A stretch of 64,000 bases of DNA from Candidatus Zixiibacteriota bacterium (GCA_043819555.1 JBDREQ010000063.1:64001-128000), one strand, 5' to 3'. Positions 48,783-59,833 are shown, counted from the stretch's first letter. Notes: generated from the letters alone by a model not told the origin. Numbers and translations are program-made.

Positions 48783-49922
48783 CTACCCAGCCACCGCTTG
48801 TTCTTTCCGTATCTCTTCCAATTTTTCCCGGCTGACGCCTAACGAAACGCCAGTCGATAGCGAATTGCGGATGAGATAATGATCAAGAGGCACTTTGCGG
48901 ATTTTCCCCGCCACCTCGGCCAGAGGAACGGTCGTCAAATCAACTCCCCTCAATGAGACAAGCTTACCGAATTGTTTTTCATGGACAAGCCTGACCGCTT
49001 CGCATCCGTAACGAGTGCCCAATAACCTGTCAAACGGCGAAGGTGATCCGCCCCGAACAAGATGGCCCAGTATTGTAACACGAGTTTCTAAACGCGTTAA
49101 TTCTTCAATTTGGACAGCAAGCTGACGGGATACGCCTCCGAGCCTGATCGTATCGGGTGATGTTTCCACTGTCCGTTTAACGACCATTTCGCCGCCTACC
49201 ATTTTAGCGCCTTCTCCGATAACGATTATCGAAAAATTCTTCCCCATGCGGTTGCGCTCTTTGACTTTGTCGCAGATACTTCCCAGATTGTAAGGGATTT
49301 CAGGAATCAAAATGATATCGCCGCCTCCGGCCAGTCCGGATGCCAACGCCAGCCATCCGGCGTAACGACCCATTACCTCGATAACCATGACCCGATGATG
49401 CGACTGCGCCGTCGTATGAATCTTATCAATCGCCTCCGTCGCTGTTACCACAGCCGAATCGAATCCGAATGTCTGGTCGGTGCCGTATAAATCATTGTCA
49501 ATTGTTTTGGGAACGCCTATAACATTTAGACCCAGGCTTGAAAGCCTCGCCGCCGCATTCATGGTGCCGTCGCCGCCGATAACGATCAGCGCGTCCAAAC
49601 CCAGTTTCTCATAGTTATTGGCCAGCTCCGAAGAACGGTCAAGATAAACGTAATCATCTTTTTGGGGAATTGGGAAATTAAACGGATCGGCCCGATTGGA
49701 AGTTCCCAAAATAGTTCCGCCCAGGGCCAGGATCCCTACTACCGAATTGCGATCCATGGTAATATATTTGTTAAGAATGACCCCCTCATAACCATCCTTA
49801 AATCCAATGACGGACATATTATAATTGTTTATCGCTGTTTTAACAATTGCTCGAATGACCGCATTAAGACCGGGACAATCGCCGCCCCCGGTCAGGATTC
49901 CAATCCGCGCTCCTTTAGTCAT
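48783..49922 (-). CDS. pfkA: 6-phosphofructokinase (PfkA group III-like)
   Basis: TGGGDCPGLN, GGTILGTS, GGDGT, PKTIDND, EVMGR, LGHLVRGG. Confidence 0.93.
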   Translation of the reverse strand: MTKGARIGILTGGGDCPGLNAVIRAIVKTAINNYNMSVIGFKDGYEGVILNKYITMDRNSVVGILALGGTILGTSNRADPFNFPIPQKDDYVYLDRSSELANNYEKLGLDALIVIGGDGTMNAAARLSSLGLNVIGVPKTIDNDLYGTDQTFGFDSAVVTATEAIDKIHTTAQSHHRVMVIEVMGRYAGWLALASGLAGGGDIILIPEIPYNLGSICDKVKERNRMGKNFSIIVIGEGAKMVGGEMVVKRTVETSPDTIRLGGVSRQLAVQIEELTRLETRVTILGHLVRGGSPSPFDRLLGTRYGCEAVRLVHEKQFGKLVSLRGVDLTTVPLAEVAGKIRKVPLDHYLIRNSLSTGVSLGVSREKLEEIRKEQAVAG

Positions 49923-50194
49923 AATAAAAAACTCCCGCAATAAATACACTAACCCAACATTATGTTTTCGGCCGTTTATAGCAATTAAATTATTTGATTA
50001 TTCTTGTATATTCATCCGTCGCTTCGTAATATTTATACTTGTTTGCAAAATTCGGAGGACCTAAAGGTAAATAAGGAAATATTACCGGTCTGCCGATAAA
50101 TAGTAGGATGAAGGGATTCTGAAGGAAAAACTCAAGGGGCTTGGTTAACCGCGCTGGAATTCCGAAACGAATTATAATATTTGGTGAAAGTCTT

Positions 50195-52771
50195 ATGAAA
50201 ATAAAACCTATTCTGGTATTGCCGTCTTTACCCGACAAAATATCGCGACTTCTTGAACTATCGCAAAACGTATGGTATGCCTGGTCGCCTAATCTGGTTC
50301 GTTTATTCAGGCGCCTTGATCCCGATTGTTGGGCCGATTGTAATCAAAACCCGGTTCAGATGCTGGCTCATGTTTCCCAGGATAAACTGCGCGAAGCGGC
50401 CGAAGATGATTCATTTGTGGCGCATTTGGAGCGCGTTTACGGTGAATTTAACCGCTATATGGCTCAAAAGAAATGGTTCGAAACCCGGTATCCGGCCTGC
50501 AAGGATGCGCATATCGCTTACTTTTCCTGCGAGTATGGGCTGGATGTATCACTTCCAATTTATTCGGGAGGCCTTGGAGTTCTCTCGGGCGATCATTTGA
50601 AATCAGCGTCCGATCTGGGAATTCCAATAGTCGCCGTGGGGCTGTTGTATCGCTATGGTTATTTCAGGCAATCTCTAAATGCGGATGGCTGGCAGAACGA
50701 ATCATATGATGAAAATGACTGGTATAATATGCCGGTTACTCTGGAAAAGGATAAAGAGGGTAATCCGATCAAAATAGAGGTTGAAATTGGCGACTCGCCG
50801 GTATTCGCTCAAATCTGGCGGGTTCAGGTTGGCCGAGTGCCCCTGTATCTACTTGATGCCAATATTCCGGAAAATCCAACTTTTCACCGAGAGATTACTT
50901 TCCAGCTATATAGCGGGGATAAAGACATTCGTATCCGCCAGGAAATTCTCCTTGGAATCGGTGGAGTCAGAGCTCTTGAAGCCCTTGGCTATGTACCCGA
51001 TGCATTTCATCTCAATGAAGGCCACTCAATGTTTTTGTGCCTTGAGCGAGTTCGCCAATTAATGGATAAGGGAAAATTATCATACGAAGAAGCCTTTGAT
51101 GTAGTTTGGTCGACTAATATCTTCACAACCCATACTCCGGTTCCGGCAGGCAATGAACAATTTGACACAAAATTGATAGAAAAATATCTTAAAAAAATGT
51201 CTGCCAAACTCGGACTTCCAATCGAAAAACTTATCGATCTGGGACGGATGCATGCCGGAGATCAAAAGGAATCATTCTCAATGACCATCGGCGCCCTGCG
51301 CATGTCGGCCTTTGCCAACGGCGTATCCAAGCTGCATGGAAATATATCTCGGGGCATGTGGAAAGACGTCTGGAACGGTTTCCCTGTCAATGAAGTCCCA
51401 ATTACGTCAATTACTAATGGCGTTCATACATATAGCTGGATTGCTCATAATATGGGCGAGCTGTACCGCACTTATCTGGGACCCAGGTATGTCGAACAGC
51501 CTGAAGATTCCACCTGCTGGGATAATGTCAATCGCATACCCGATGGAGAATTATGGCGAGCTCACCATCACAATAAAGAAAAACTTGTTTTCCTGACGCG
51601 AAAGCAACTTAGAATTCAACTTGAGCAAAAGGGCAAATCGCAGCATGAACTGAGACGTACCGAACAGATTCTCAATCCTCATGCTCTGACCGTCGGATTT
51701 GCCAGGCGATTCGCGGCGTATAAACGCGGCTATATGATGTTTTCCGATCTTGAACGCCTTCGTAAACTAATCGCCAACACTGATCGTCCCGTTCAATTTA
51801 TCTTTGCTGGCAAAGCTCATCCCAAAGATAATCAAGGAAAAGAAATTATTAAATCGGTTGTTCATATCGCTCAGCAGGATGAATTCCGTGATCATATTGT
51901 TTTTCTGGAAAATTATGATTTGGATCTGGCCTCGAAATTGGTCAGTGGAGTCGATGTCTGGCTCAACACTCCCCGCCGCCCCCAGGAAGCGTCCGGCACA
52001 TCCGGTATGAAGGCCGCTCTCAATGGCGCTATTAATTTGTCTATTCTCGACGGCTGGTGGGAAGAAGGATATACCCCAAAGACTGGATGGGCGATTGGCA
52101 TGCCGTTCGATTATGCCAATCCCGACGAGCAGGATAATATAGAATCTCAAGCCCTCTATGATATTATTGAACGAGACGTAATCCCTTTATTCTACGATCG
52201 GCGAGATAATCGCGATACCGCTGATTTTTCACGCGACTGGATCGATATGATGAAACACTCAATCATAATGGGCGGGAAGGATTTTTCATCGCACCGGATG
52301 GTAAAAGAATATACGGAAAAATTCTATATCCCTGCCGTTCAAGCCCATCAGGATCTGGTTTCTGACAATTATAAACAATCCCATTCAATTACCGAGTGGC
52401 GGCAGAGAGTTTCCAATGACTGGAGTAAGGTCAGTGTCGATAACATTGAATTACCCGATACCAATAGCTCGTCTCGAGTGGGGCAGACTATGCTTGTTAA
52501 TATTCGGGTTTTTTTGGGTGCTTTGTCTCCGGAAGATGTAAAAATTGAAGTCGTGCGCGGAAATCTTAATGCTCAGGATCAATTGCTCAATACGGAGAAA
52601 TTCACGGCGACGCTGGATCACAGCGAAAAAGACGGGCATCATGTTTATCATGTCGATATGGTTCATACTAAATCCGGAAGAATGGGTATCACGGCCAAAA
52701 TTATTCCTAATAATAATCAACATCTGATTAAACACCACCCTCGGCTGGTAGCCTGGTATGGAGGGAATTAG
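50195..52771 (+). CDS. glgP: Alpha-glucan (glycogen) phosphorylase
   Basis: YSGGLGVLSGDHLKSASD, HLNEGH, FTTHTPVPAG, ARRFAAYKR, EASGTSGMKA. Confidence 0.96.
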   Translation: MKIKPILVLPSLPDKISRLLELSQNVWYAWSPNLVRLFRRLDPDCWADCNQNPVQMLAHVSQDKLREAAEDDSFVAHLERVYGEFNRYMAQKKWFETRYPACKDAHIAYFSCEYGLDVSLPIYSGGLGVLSGDHLKSASDLGIPIVAVGLLYRYGYFRQSLNADGWQNESYDENDWYNMPVTLEKDKEGNPIKIEVEIGDSPVFAQIWRVQVGRVPLYLLDANIPENPTFHREITFQLYSGDKDIRIRQEILLGIGGVRALEALGYVPDAFHLNEGHSMFLCLERVRQLMDKGKLSYEEAFDVVWSTNIFTTHTPVPAGNEQFDTKLIEKYLKKMSAKLGLPIEKLIDLGRMHAGDQKESFSMTIGALRMSAFANGVSKLHGNISRGMWKDVWNGFPVNEVPITSITNGVHTYSWIAHNMGELYRTYLGPRYVEQPEDSTCWDNVNRIPDGELWRAHHHNKEKLVFLTRKQLRIQLEQKGKSQHELRRTEQILNPHALTVGFARRFAAYKRGYMMFSDLERLRKLIANTDRPVQFIFAGKAHPKDNQGKEIIKSVVHIAQQDEFRDHIVFLENYDLDLASKLVSGVDVWLNTPRRPQEASGTSGMKAALNGAINLSILDGWWEEGYTPKTGWAIGMPFDYANPDEQDNIESQALYDIIERDVIPLFYDRRDNRDTADFSRDWIDMMKHSIIMGGKDFSSHRMVKEYTEKFYIPAVQAHQDLVSDNYKQSHSITEWRQRVSNDWSKVSVDNIELPDTNSSSRVGQTMLVNIRVFLGALSPEDVKIEVVRGNLNAQDQLLNTEKFTATLDHSEKDGHHVYHVDMVHTKSGRMGITAKIIPNNNQHLIKHHPRLVAWYGGN

Positions 52772-52988
52772 GAATTCTCGTCTCTTTTTCGCAAAGACCG
52801 CAACCATTTGACCCAAATTGCCGTCAATATAATACATGGTAATTGGATAGATTTGTCAGGCTTCGACTATCGTACGGAATTGAGATCGTTTTTTTGAGTT
52901 CAATAATAAACCATTTGGAATGACTGATTTTATGATTATATTGTATTTGTCAAACTGCAGGTTTTAATACTTACCGTAGGAATAGCCG

Positions 52989-55061
52989 ATGAAAAAATTC
53001 TTTTTTCTTTCCGCATTGTTAACCCTCCTCACATTTATTACCCCCGCCCTGGCACAGGATTATGGCAATGCCATTATCTATGATATGCCGCAGGAACAAA
53101 TAGACAGGATATTCGATATTCCACCGGGGTCAAAACTGACTCCTGAAAAATTGAAATCAATTACCGATTATCGCTTTACCGGTGATAATGTTCGCATTCT
53201 GGCAATTCCACTCGAATGGAATAACAGGCCAGGTACAGTAACTCGAGAAACTATTGATAGCCTCCTCTTTTCCCGCGATGTTTTCGCCGGAGGTTCAGTT
53301 GCTGATTATTATCATGAAGTCTCATTCGGTCGGGTGGAAGTAACCGGCGATGTTGTTGATTGGTACAACGCCGGATATTACACGGGAGAAAACTGGTTCG
53401 GCTTTAATGACGTTCTGTATGCATTGAATCCTTCCGTGGATTATTCACAGTACGATGGCGACGGCGACGGTGTGGTTGATGTAATTGTTTTCATTCGCGC
53501 CGGTACCGGGCAGGAAGATACTCGTGATTACGAAGATATCTGGTCATTTGCCGTAACTTACGGCGGTAATGGTTTGGGTCCTCTTGACGGTGTGCGTATT
53601 AAGACATGGAATACCTCGCCTGAACTATTTCCGCTCCGCTGGCCTGAAAATCCAACTATTTTTTCAGGCGAAAAGATAACAAACAGCATTCGCGTTTTTT
53701 GCCATGAAATTGGACATAGCCTGGGATTGCCTGACCTGTATGATTATGACGACAAACTGTTGGAATCATCATTTTATACACCCAACGACAACAACGATCA
53801 TCCACTATATGACTGGTGCACGATGGGTTTTGGGGGATATGGTTTGTTTTCAATCCGTTCGACGACTCCATCACATTTATGCGGATGGAGTAAAAAATCA
53901 TTAGGGTGGATTGAGCCGGTGGTATTAATGGGGGAATATGAACAAGTGGTGATGAATCCAATAACGATCAGCGGCGAAAACTCTCTTTTTATGGTTCCGA
54001 TTAATCCTCTTGAAGGTGAGTACTTTCTTCTTGAATATAGAAACAATCATCCCAATGCTCAATTTGACCGTACGGATTCTGATTTTAGCTGTTATTTCTG
54101 GCCGGATATAACTTATGGCGCCGATCCCAAGGATGAAGGGCTTCTTATAACTCATGTCCACGATTCACTGCCATCGGGCAGTTATCGGATGAACAATGGC
54201 ACCCCGACTTATCCCCATTATACCGTTATTGTTGAAGATATTGGGTACAATCCGGGCATGGATTATACCAATAATCCCGATGGACGCGTATCCGACAGCG
54301 CCGAATGGTGGTATCCTTATGAATCCCGCAAATCGGCGTTGTTTAATCCCGACATTCCCGGTAAAGCCGAATTTTCGCCAACAACGACCCCATCCAGCGA
54401 CGGATATAATGGTCCTACCGGAATTATTATCAGGGTTGACTATATGGATGAGGATCAGCTCATTGCCTATCTTTTTAATCCTTATAATGATACCGATCTG
54501 GATGGAACGCAGGACCCGGATGATAATTGTCCCACTACCTTTAATCCCGATCAAGCCAATTCTGATGCTGATGATTACGGAGATGCCTGCGACAATTGTC
54601 CTCAGACAGATAATCCCGATCAGACAGATTCTGATCAGGACGGCAACGGAGATGATTGCGATATATGTATCGGCTCTGACGATTACGCTGATGCCGATGG
54701 CGATGGCGTTCCCGACGGATGCGATATTTGTCCCGGATATAGCGATTTCGACGACGGCGATGGTGATTTAGTTCCCGATGGTTGCGATAATTGCCCAGAT
54801 GTCATAAATCCGGAACAGGAAGATTCTGACGAAGACAATATCGGCGACGCTTGCGATTATATCTGCGGCGACGCCAATGGAGATAGAGACACAAACGTAG
54901 GCGATGCCGTTTTTATAATTAATCTCGCTTTCAAAGGTGGGCCGGCTCCCGTCCCTGTTGAAAGTGGGGACGCCAATTGCAACGGTAACACCGATGTCGG
55001 CGACGCCGTTTATATCATTAATCATGTCTTCAAGGGCGGACCGGCGGCTTGCTGCCCCTAG
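52989..55061 (+). CDS. Secreted M6 family metalloprotease with TSP3-like repeats and dockerin-like C-terminus
   Basis: Signal peptide; HEIGHSLGLPDLY; EYFLLEYR; DxDxDGxxDxCDNCP repeats; two GDAN...VGDAV.IIN..FKGGPA repeats. Confidence 0.92.
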   Translation: MKKFFFLSALLTLLTFITPALAQDYGNAIIYDMPQEQIDRIFDIPPGSKLTPEKLKSITDYRFTGDNVRILAIPLEWNNRPGTVTRETIDSLLFSRDVFAGGSVADYYHEVSFGRVEVTGDVVDWYNAGYYTGENWFGFNDVLYALNPSVDYSQYDGDGDGVVDVIVFIRAGTGQEDTRDYEDIWSFAVTYGGNGLGPLDGVRIKTWNTSPELFPLRWPENPTIFSGEKITNSIRVFCHEIGHSLGLPDLYDYDDKLLESSFYTPNDNNDHPLYDWCTMGFGGYGLFSIRSTTPSHLCGWSKKSLGWIEPVVLMGEYEQVVMNPITISGENSLFMVPINPLEGEYFLLEYRNNHPNAQFDRTDSDFSCYFWPDITYGADPKDEGLLITHVHDSLPSGSYRMNNGTPTYPHYTVIVEDIGYNPGMDYTNNPDGRVSDSAEWWYPYESRKSALFNPDIPGKAEFSPTTTPSSDGYNGPTGIIIRVDYMDEDQLIAYLFNPYNDTDLDGTQDPDDNCPTTFNPDQANSDADDYGDACDNCPQTDNPDQTDSDQDGNGDDCDICIGSDDYADADGDGVPDGCDICPGYSDFDDGDGDLVPDGCDNCPDVINPEQEDSDEDNIGDACDYICGDANGDRDTNVGDAVFIINLAFKGGPAPVPVESGDANCNGNTDVGDAVYIINHVFKGGPAACCP

Positions 55062-55087
55062 TCAATAAAAGTGTGTGTTTTTCGCCA

Positions 55088-55125
55088 AAAATAAAAAGGC
55101 GGGCCGTATGGCCCGCCTTTCCTTT
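55088..55125. terminator. Bidirectional intrinsic terminator
   Basis: AAAGGCGGGCC-GTAT-GGCCCGCCTTT with A-run on the left and T-run on the right. Confidence 0.8.
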
Positions 55126-55344
55126 AACTAAGGGTCTTTTGACGTCTTAAAAAAACCTCAGTAATATATTCCTCACTCTATGTTACGATTGAAAATCAAT
55201 TTTGTTCGCTTTTTCATAATTATTTTCTGATTTTTTTTAGCACAGCACACTTTTTTCTAAAAAAAACCAAACTCTGGCGAAAACCTTTGAATCTTTTTAT
55301 TGTTATTCTTATCTAAAGGGTTAATTGCTTCTGAGGAGGTTGTT

Positions 55345-55761
55345 TTGAATATTGAAATGAACTGGCAGGGAGGCTACAAGTTTTCGGGCCAGTCAATATT
55401 CGGTCATGAAATATCGACCGATGCCTCGAAAAAAATAGGGGGCGCCGAGGATGGCTATCAGCCCCTGGAATTATTGATGTATGGTCTGGCCGGGTGCACC
55501 GGAATTGATGTGGTCCTGATAGCCGGGAAAATGAAACAGGAAATTACCGGTATTAGAATCAAAATCAACGCCGAGCAACGTGAAGAAAATCCCAGAGCCT
55601 TTACTAAAGCCCATATTGAATATATATTTGAGGGAAAAAACCTCAGCCGGGGTAAGCTGGAAAAAGCTATCAAGCTATCTGAAGAAAAATACTGCAGTGC
55701 TGCGGCCACCCTCAGCGGAGTAACTGAAATAACTCATAGCTGCATAATAAAGGGAGAATAA
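55345..55761 (+). CDS. OsmC family protein
   Basis: PLELLMYGLAGCTGIDV, LSEEKYCSA; GAGGAGG before TTG at 55345. Confidence 0.92.
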   Translation: MNIEMNWQGGYKFSGQSIFGHEISTDASKKIGGAEDGYQPLELLMYGLAGCTGIDVVLIAGKMKQEITGIRIKINAEQREENPRAFTKAHIEYIFEGKNLSRGKLEKAIKLSEEKYCSAAATLSGVTEITHSCIIKGE

Positions 55762-55763
55762 TT

Positions 55764-56156
55764 ATGAATCTCGAATATGAATTAACAACCAATAAGCCAT
55801 TTGATGCCGTTGTAAAAAGAGTAGAAGAATTAACGGCGGAAAAAATGTTTCGTGTTTTGCATATCCATGATGTCCAGTCTACTCTGGCCGATAAAGGATT
55901 TGAAAGAGGACCTTTAAAAATAATTGAAATTTGCAACGCCAAATTCGCCTATGAAGCCCTGCAAAAAGAAATGAGCGTTTCGCTGTTTATGCCCTGCAAG
56001 ATTAATGTTTTCACCTCGGCAGGGAAAACGGTAATAAAAGCCATGCGCCCGGCGGCCATATCGGAGTTTTTTCCGGAAGCTGGTTTGGGTGATCTGGCGT
56101 CCGCTGTGGACAAAACGATTATTGATATAGTCGATGGCGCTGTTAAAGGAGAATAA
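55764..56156 (+). CDS. DUF302 domain protein
   Basis: [23 protein letters not shown]. Confidence 0.88.
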   Translation: MNLEYELTTNKPFDAVVKRVEELTAEKMFRVLHIHDVQSTLADKGFERGPLKIIEICNAKFAYEALQKEMSVSLFMPCKINVFTSAGKTVIKAMRPAAISEFFPEAGLGDLASAVDKTIIDIVDGAVKGE

Positions 56157-56161
56157 ATTTT

Positions 56162-56371
56162 ATGCCAATTTTCGAATACAAATGCAAAGACTGCGGCCAT
56201 TGTTTTGAAAAGCTGGTCGGAGTGACCGAACCGGAAGGCTTCCCTTTGTGCCCGAAATGCGGGTCAGATAATTGCGAAAAACAATTTTCCGCTTTTGCCG
56301 TGAATTCATCAGGAAATTCTACCGCCAAAGCCGCTCCTTCATGCGCTGACAGCGGCTGCGGATTTACCTGA
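56162..56371 (+). CDS. FmdB family zinc-ribbon protein
   Basis: [15 protein letters not shown]...CPKCGS. Confidence 0.92.
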   Translation: MPIFEYKCKDCGHCFEKLVGVTEPEGFPLCPKCGSDNCEKQFSAFAVNSSGNSTAKAAPSCADSGCGFT

Positions 56372-56412
56372 AACGCCTAATGAGAATTATGCCGGTGGCG
56401 TAATAATTTATT

Positions 56413-56907
56413 ATGAAAAAATCTAACCTTCTATTTTTGGCTATTGTCACCATAGCGCTTTTGGCAGTTTACGGCTTTAATGGCCAGTTCAATAAGCCAG
56501 GTATTGAATGGCGCGAAAAAATCGACTGGACCAACCCTTCAATCTCAAAAGAACAAGTTGAACAAAAAGGTAAGCCAATTTTCGTTCTGGTCAGCACCAA
56601 ATGGTGCCGGTTTTGCAACATGATGAAAGCGCAGACATTCACCGACGAAAATGTTCAGACCCAGATGAATCAGAATCTTGTCAGTATTTATATTGATCCA
56701 GAAACCGAAGGCATAGCCAATTTTCTGGGTGGATCTCTAACATTTCCTCAATTTGCCTCAAAATTCAGTGTTAACGGCTATCCCACAATGCTGTTTTTCA
56801 CTCCCCGCGGTGAACTTATTGGCAGCAAATCAGGTTATCTCTCCACCGATCAAATGCTTGAACTGATTGATTATTTTGATCAATATTCATCATCTCGAAC
56901 CATTTAG
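56413..56907 (+). CDS. Exported thioredoxin-fold protein (SoxW-like)
   Basis: Signal/TM N-terminus, WCRFC motif, GYPT cis-Pro. Confidence 0.88.
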   Translation: MKKSNLLFLAIVTIALLAVYGFNGQFNKPGIEWREKIDWTNPSISKEQVEQKGKPIFVLVSTKWCRFCNMMKAQTFTDENVQTQMNQNLVSIYIDPETEGIANFLGGSLTFPQFASKFSVNGYPTMLFFTPRGELIGSKSGYLSTDQMLELIDYFDQYSSSRTI

Positions 56908-57015
56908 TAAATGGCGCGTATAATTTCTCCAGAGTCTTTGCCGACAATTGCAAAAAAAAACGTTTCACAACTTGTGGAATTTTCCTTATGTTTTCCCCAT
57001 TCGAAAGGACGGGAT

Positions 57016-57654
57016 ATGAAAAATAGCAGATACAGAATTAGACTTACTAAGTTATCAATAATCCTGATTTGTTCTTCATTTATTATTTCGTGCGGTGGAA
57101 ATTCAGGCGATCCTGATAAATTATCATCCGAACAGGTTGAATTGGTCAGGAAATATCAGACCATGAAATTGGCTGGTCTGGCTGGCGATGTTAAGACATT
57201 TCTCTCAATGCGTGATTCGGTCACTAATTTTGAAATTGGTAACTATCATAAAAACTGGGGCTGGACCGTCGATTCAACTAAAGTTGTCAAATGGACGACA
57301 AATTGGCCAGATGTTGCCGGTTTGCCTATTATACAGGATACTTCGGATGGGGAATGGCGCCGAATAGTCTTCACTCATGCCCCGACAATCCTTGAAGATG
57401 GCAAGGAAGCGGTTATGTGTGTGGTAATTATTTTGCGCAAAAACGGCGATGAATGGAAAGTTTCTAACGTCACTCGAAGTATGAATTCGGTTAATAACCC
57501 GGATGGATCAAAAGCGGTTTTGAATGAGTTATCTTTCCATCGTCTATTCAGGATTCCGCCCGTCTTCGATGATTTACGCAAATTGCCCGGGCAGGGAGGA
57601 GATTCATTGAAAGTCAAGGATGAGGCGACGAGGGCCCAGCCTACTGGCCGATAA
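57016..57654 (+). CDS. Hypothetical lipoprotein
   Basis: Lipobox IISC-GG; no family recognised. Confidence 0.6.
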   Translation: MKNSRYRIRLTKLSIILICSSFIISCGGNSGDPDKLSSEQVELVRKYQTMKLAGLAGDVKTFLSMRDSVTNFEIGNYHKNWGWTVDSTKVVKWTTNWPDVAGLPIIQDTSDGEWRRIVFTHAPTILEDGKEAVMCVVIILRKNGDEWKVSNVTRSMNSVNNPDGSKAVLNELSFHRLFRIPPVFDDLRKLPGQGGDSLKVKDEATRAQPTGR

Positions 57655-59833
57655 CCGTCAGATGAGCATACAAGGCGATTAGTTTCTTGGGCCCAAATGA
57701 ATAAAAATCAACATCGACGCGCATATTTTCACCAGAACCGTTTATTGATATGACGCGCCCCTGACCAAACTTGGGATGCTCAACAATACAACCCGGACGC
57801 ATTCCCTCACCGTTTTCATATTCATAATAAATCCCTTCAGGTTTTTTTGGAGTCGGGGTTTTCATATTATTTATTGTCCGGGCTGGGCCAAATTCATATT
57901 TATAAGACCTTCGGTCAATCTTGTCAGTGATATCTTCCGGAATCTCCCGCAAAAAACGAGAAGGCATTGATTCAGTTCCTCCAAAGCGATGACGAAACCG
58001 TGCCGCCGTTAATAATAATTGATATCTTGCCCGCGTCGTCCCCACGTAAAATAGCCGTCTTTCTTCCTCAAGCATGGCCGGATCATCGAATGCTCGCGCC
58101 AGTGGGAAAAGTCCATCTTCCAGGCCGGTAATAAAAACAGTATCGTATTCCAGACCCTTGACGTTGTGCAGCGTCATCAATGTCAATTTTTCATCCGTAT
58201 CCTGATAATTGTCAAGGTCGGTGTAGAGCGTAATCTCGGCCAGAAAATTATCAAGTGTAGGTTCGGCGTTATGATGAAAAAACTCCGCCGCTGCGGCAAT
58301 AAATTCATCAAGATTCTCCAGACGGTTTTCACCGGCCACCGGATCATCATCAACCAGCGCCTTATCCAATTCGGTCTCATCAATGATTTGCTGAATTAAT
58401 CTATCAATCGGGAGATGATTGGAATCCTCAACGAATTTTCCAATCAAGTTCGCGAATTTTTGAAATCCTCGCCGGGCGCGATTATTTATTATTTCAATCA
58501 ATTGGGCTTGCCGCGACGCTTCCAAAAGGGATAAATTATGTTCTCTCGCATAATCAGATAACTTTTCCAGCGACGTCTGACCCAGAGAACGTTTGGGGTA
58601 ATTGACGATGCGAACAAACGATGCTTCATCCTTGGCGTTGGAGATCAGTTTCAGATAAGCGACGATATCTTTAATTTCCTTGCGTTGATAGAAAGACATA
58701 CCGCCGATAATTTGATAAGGCGTATTTTCGCGCCGCAAAGTTTCTTCGAAAGCGCGAGATTGCGCGTTGGTCCGGTACAAAACTACCATTTGCTTAAGCG
58801 AATATTTTTCCCGCATGGCCAGACAGCGATTTATTACCCAATCGGCCTCATCGCCCTGAGATTCATATAGGCCGACAATTATTTTATCTCCGCCCTCAAT
58901 TTCTGACCAGAGGATTTTATCTTTGCGCGAAGTGTTATTTTTAATAACCGATGACGCGGCGCTTAGAATCAATTGAGTACTCCTATAATTCTGCTCCAAC
59001 TTGATAACTTCAGCGCCCGGATAATCATTTTCAAAATTAAGAATATTTGAAATATCAGCCCCTCGCCAGCCATAAATCGATTGATCCTCATCGCCAACCA
59101 CGCAGATATTTTTATCCGTCCCGGTCAGAGCTTTTAATAATAAATACTGGGCATGATTTGTATCCTGATATTCATCGACCATGATATAGCGGAAACGATT
59201 TTGCCATTTTTGACTAACATCCGCTTTTTCGCTTAGAATTCTGACTGTCATTGCAATCAAATCATCAAAATCAAATGCGGCCGATTGACGGAGTTTTTTT
59301 TCATAGAGCATGAATACCCGGGCAACTTTTTCATCATAATATCCGTCGGCTTCGGCGGTGAACATCTCGGCGGTATAAAGACTATTTTTGGCGGAAGAAA
59401 TCTTTCTCAAGACCGAATCTGGTGTAAATTGAGATGTGCCGTTCAATCCTAATTCATTAATTGACCGTTTAATCAAAGATTTGCTGTCATCGCTGTCGAG
59501 AATTGTGAAGTTAGACGGATACCCCAGATGCTTTGCTTCCTGACGCAGAAAACGGGAACAAAATGAATGAAATGTCGAGACCCACATCCGGTCAATATCA
59601 AATCCCAGAAGCGATTCAATCCGTTCTTTCATCTCACCGGCAGCTTTATTGGTAAAGGTCACTGCCAGAACTTCCCACGGCTTTGCCTTTTGTTCGGAAA
59701 TAATATAAGCCAGACGATGCGTCAGTACTCGGGTCTTGCCCGATCCGGCTCCGGCCACGACCAAGAGAGGACCTTCGGTTTTGGTAACCGCCGAAAGCTG
59801 GCGGTTATTGAGATTGTCAAGCAACCTGCTCAT
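57641..59833 (-). CDS. pcrA: ATP-dependent DNA helicase PcrA/UvrD
   Basis: AGAGSGKTRVLT, TFTNKAA, VDEYQDTN, VGDEDQSIYGWRGA, LEQNYRST, EERRLFYVG. Confidence 0.95.
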   Translation of the reverse strand: MSRLLDNLNNRQLSAVTKTEGPLLVVAGAGSGKTRVLTHRLAYIISEQKAKPWEVLAVTFTNKAAGEMKERIESLLGFDIDRMWVSTFHSFCSRFLRQEAKHLGYPSNFTILDSDDSKSLIKRSINELGLNGTSQFTPDSVLRKISSAKNSLYTAEMFTAEADGYYDEKVARVFMLYEKKLRQSAAFDFDDLIAMTVRILSEKADVSQKWQNRFRYIMVDEYQDTNHAQYLLLKALTGTDKNICVVGDEDQSIYGWRGADISNILNFENDYPGAEVIKLEQNYRSTQLILSAASSVIKNNTSRKDKILWSEIEGGDKIIVGLYESQGDEADWVINRCLAMREKYSLKQMVVLYRTNAQSRAFEETLRRENTPYQIIGGMSFYQRKEIKDIVAYLKLISNAKDEASFVRIVNYPKRSLGQTSLEKLSDYAREHNLSLLEASRQAQLIEIINNRARRGFQKFANLIGKFVEDSNHLPIDRLIQQIIDETELDKALVDDDPVAGENRLENLDEFIAAAAEFFHHNAEPTLDNFLAEITLYTDLDNYQDTDEKLTLMTLHNVKGLEYDTVFITGLEDGLFPLARAFDDPAMLEEERRLFYVGTTRARYQLLLTAARFRHRFGGTESMPSRFLREIPEDITDKIDRRSYKYEFGPARTINNMKTPTPKKPEGIYYEYENGEGMRPGCIVEHPKFGQGRVISINGSGENMRVDVDFYSFGPKKLIALYAHLTVIGQ

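Noticed and set aside
54490..54860. Periodic repeats resembling an array, and alternative-frame ORF 54196-54771
   Set aside because: Explained by TSP3-like coding repeats of the M6 protease; no identical repeats with unique spacers, so not CRISPR
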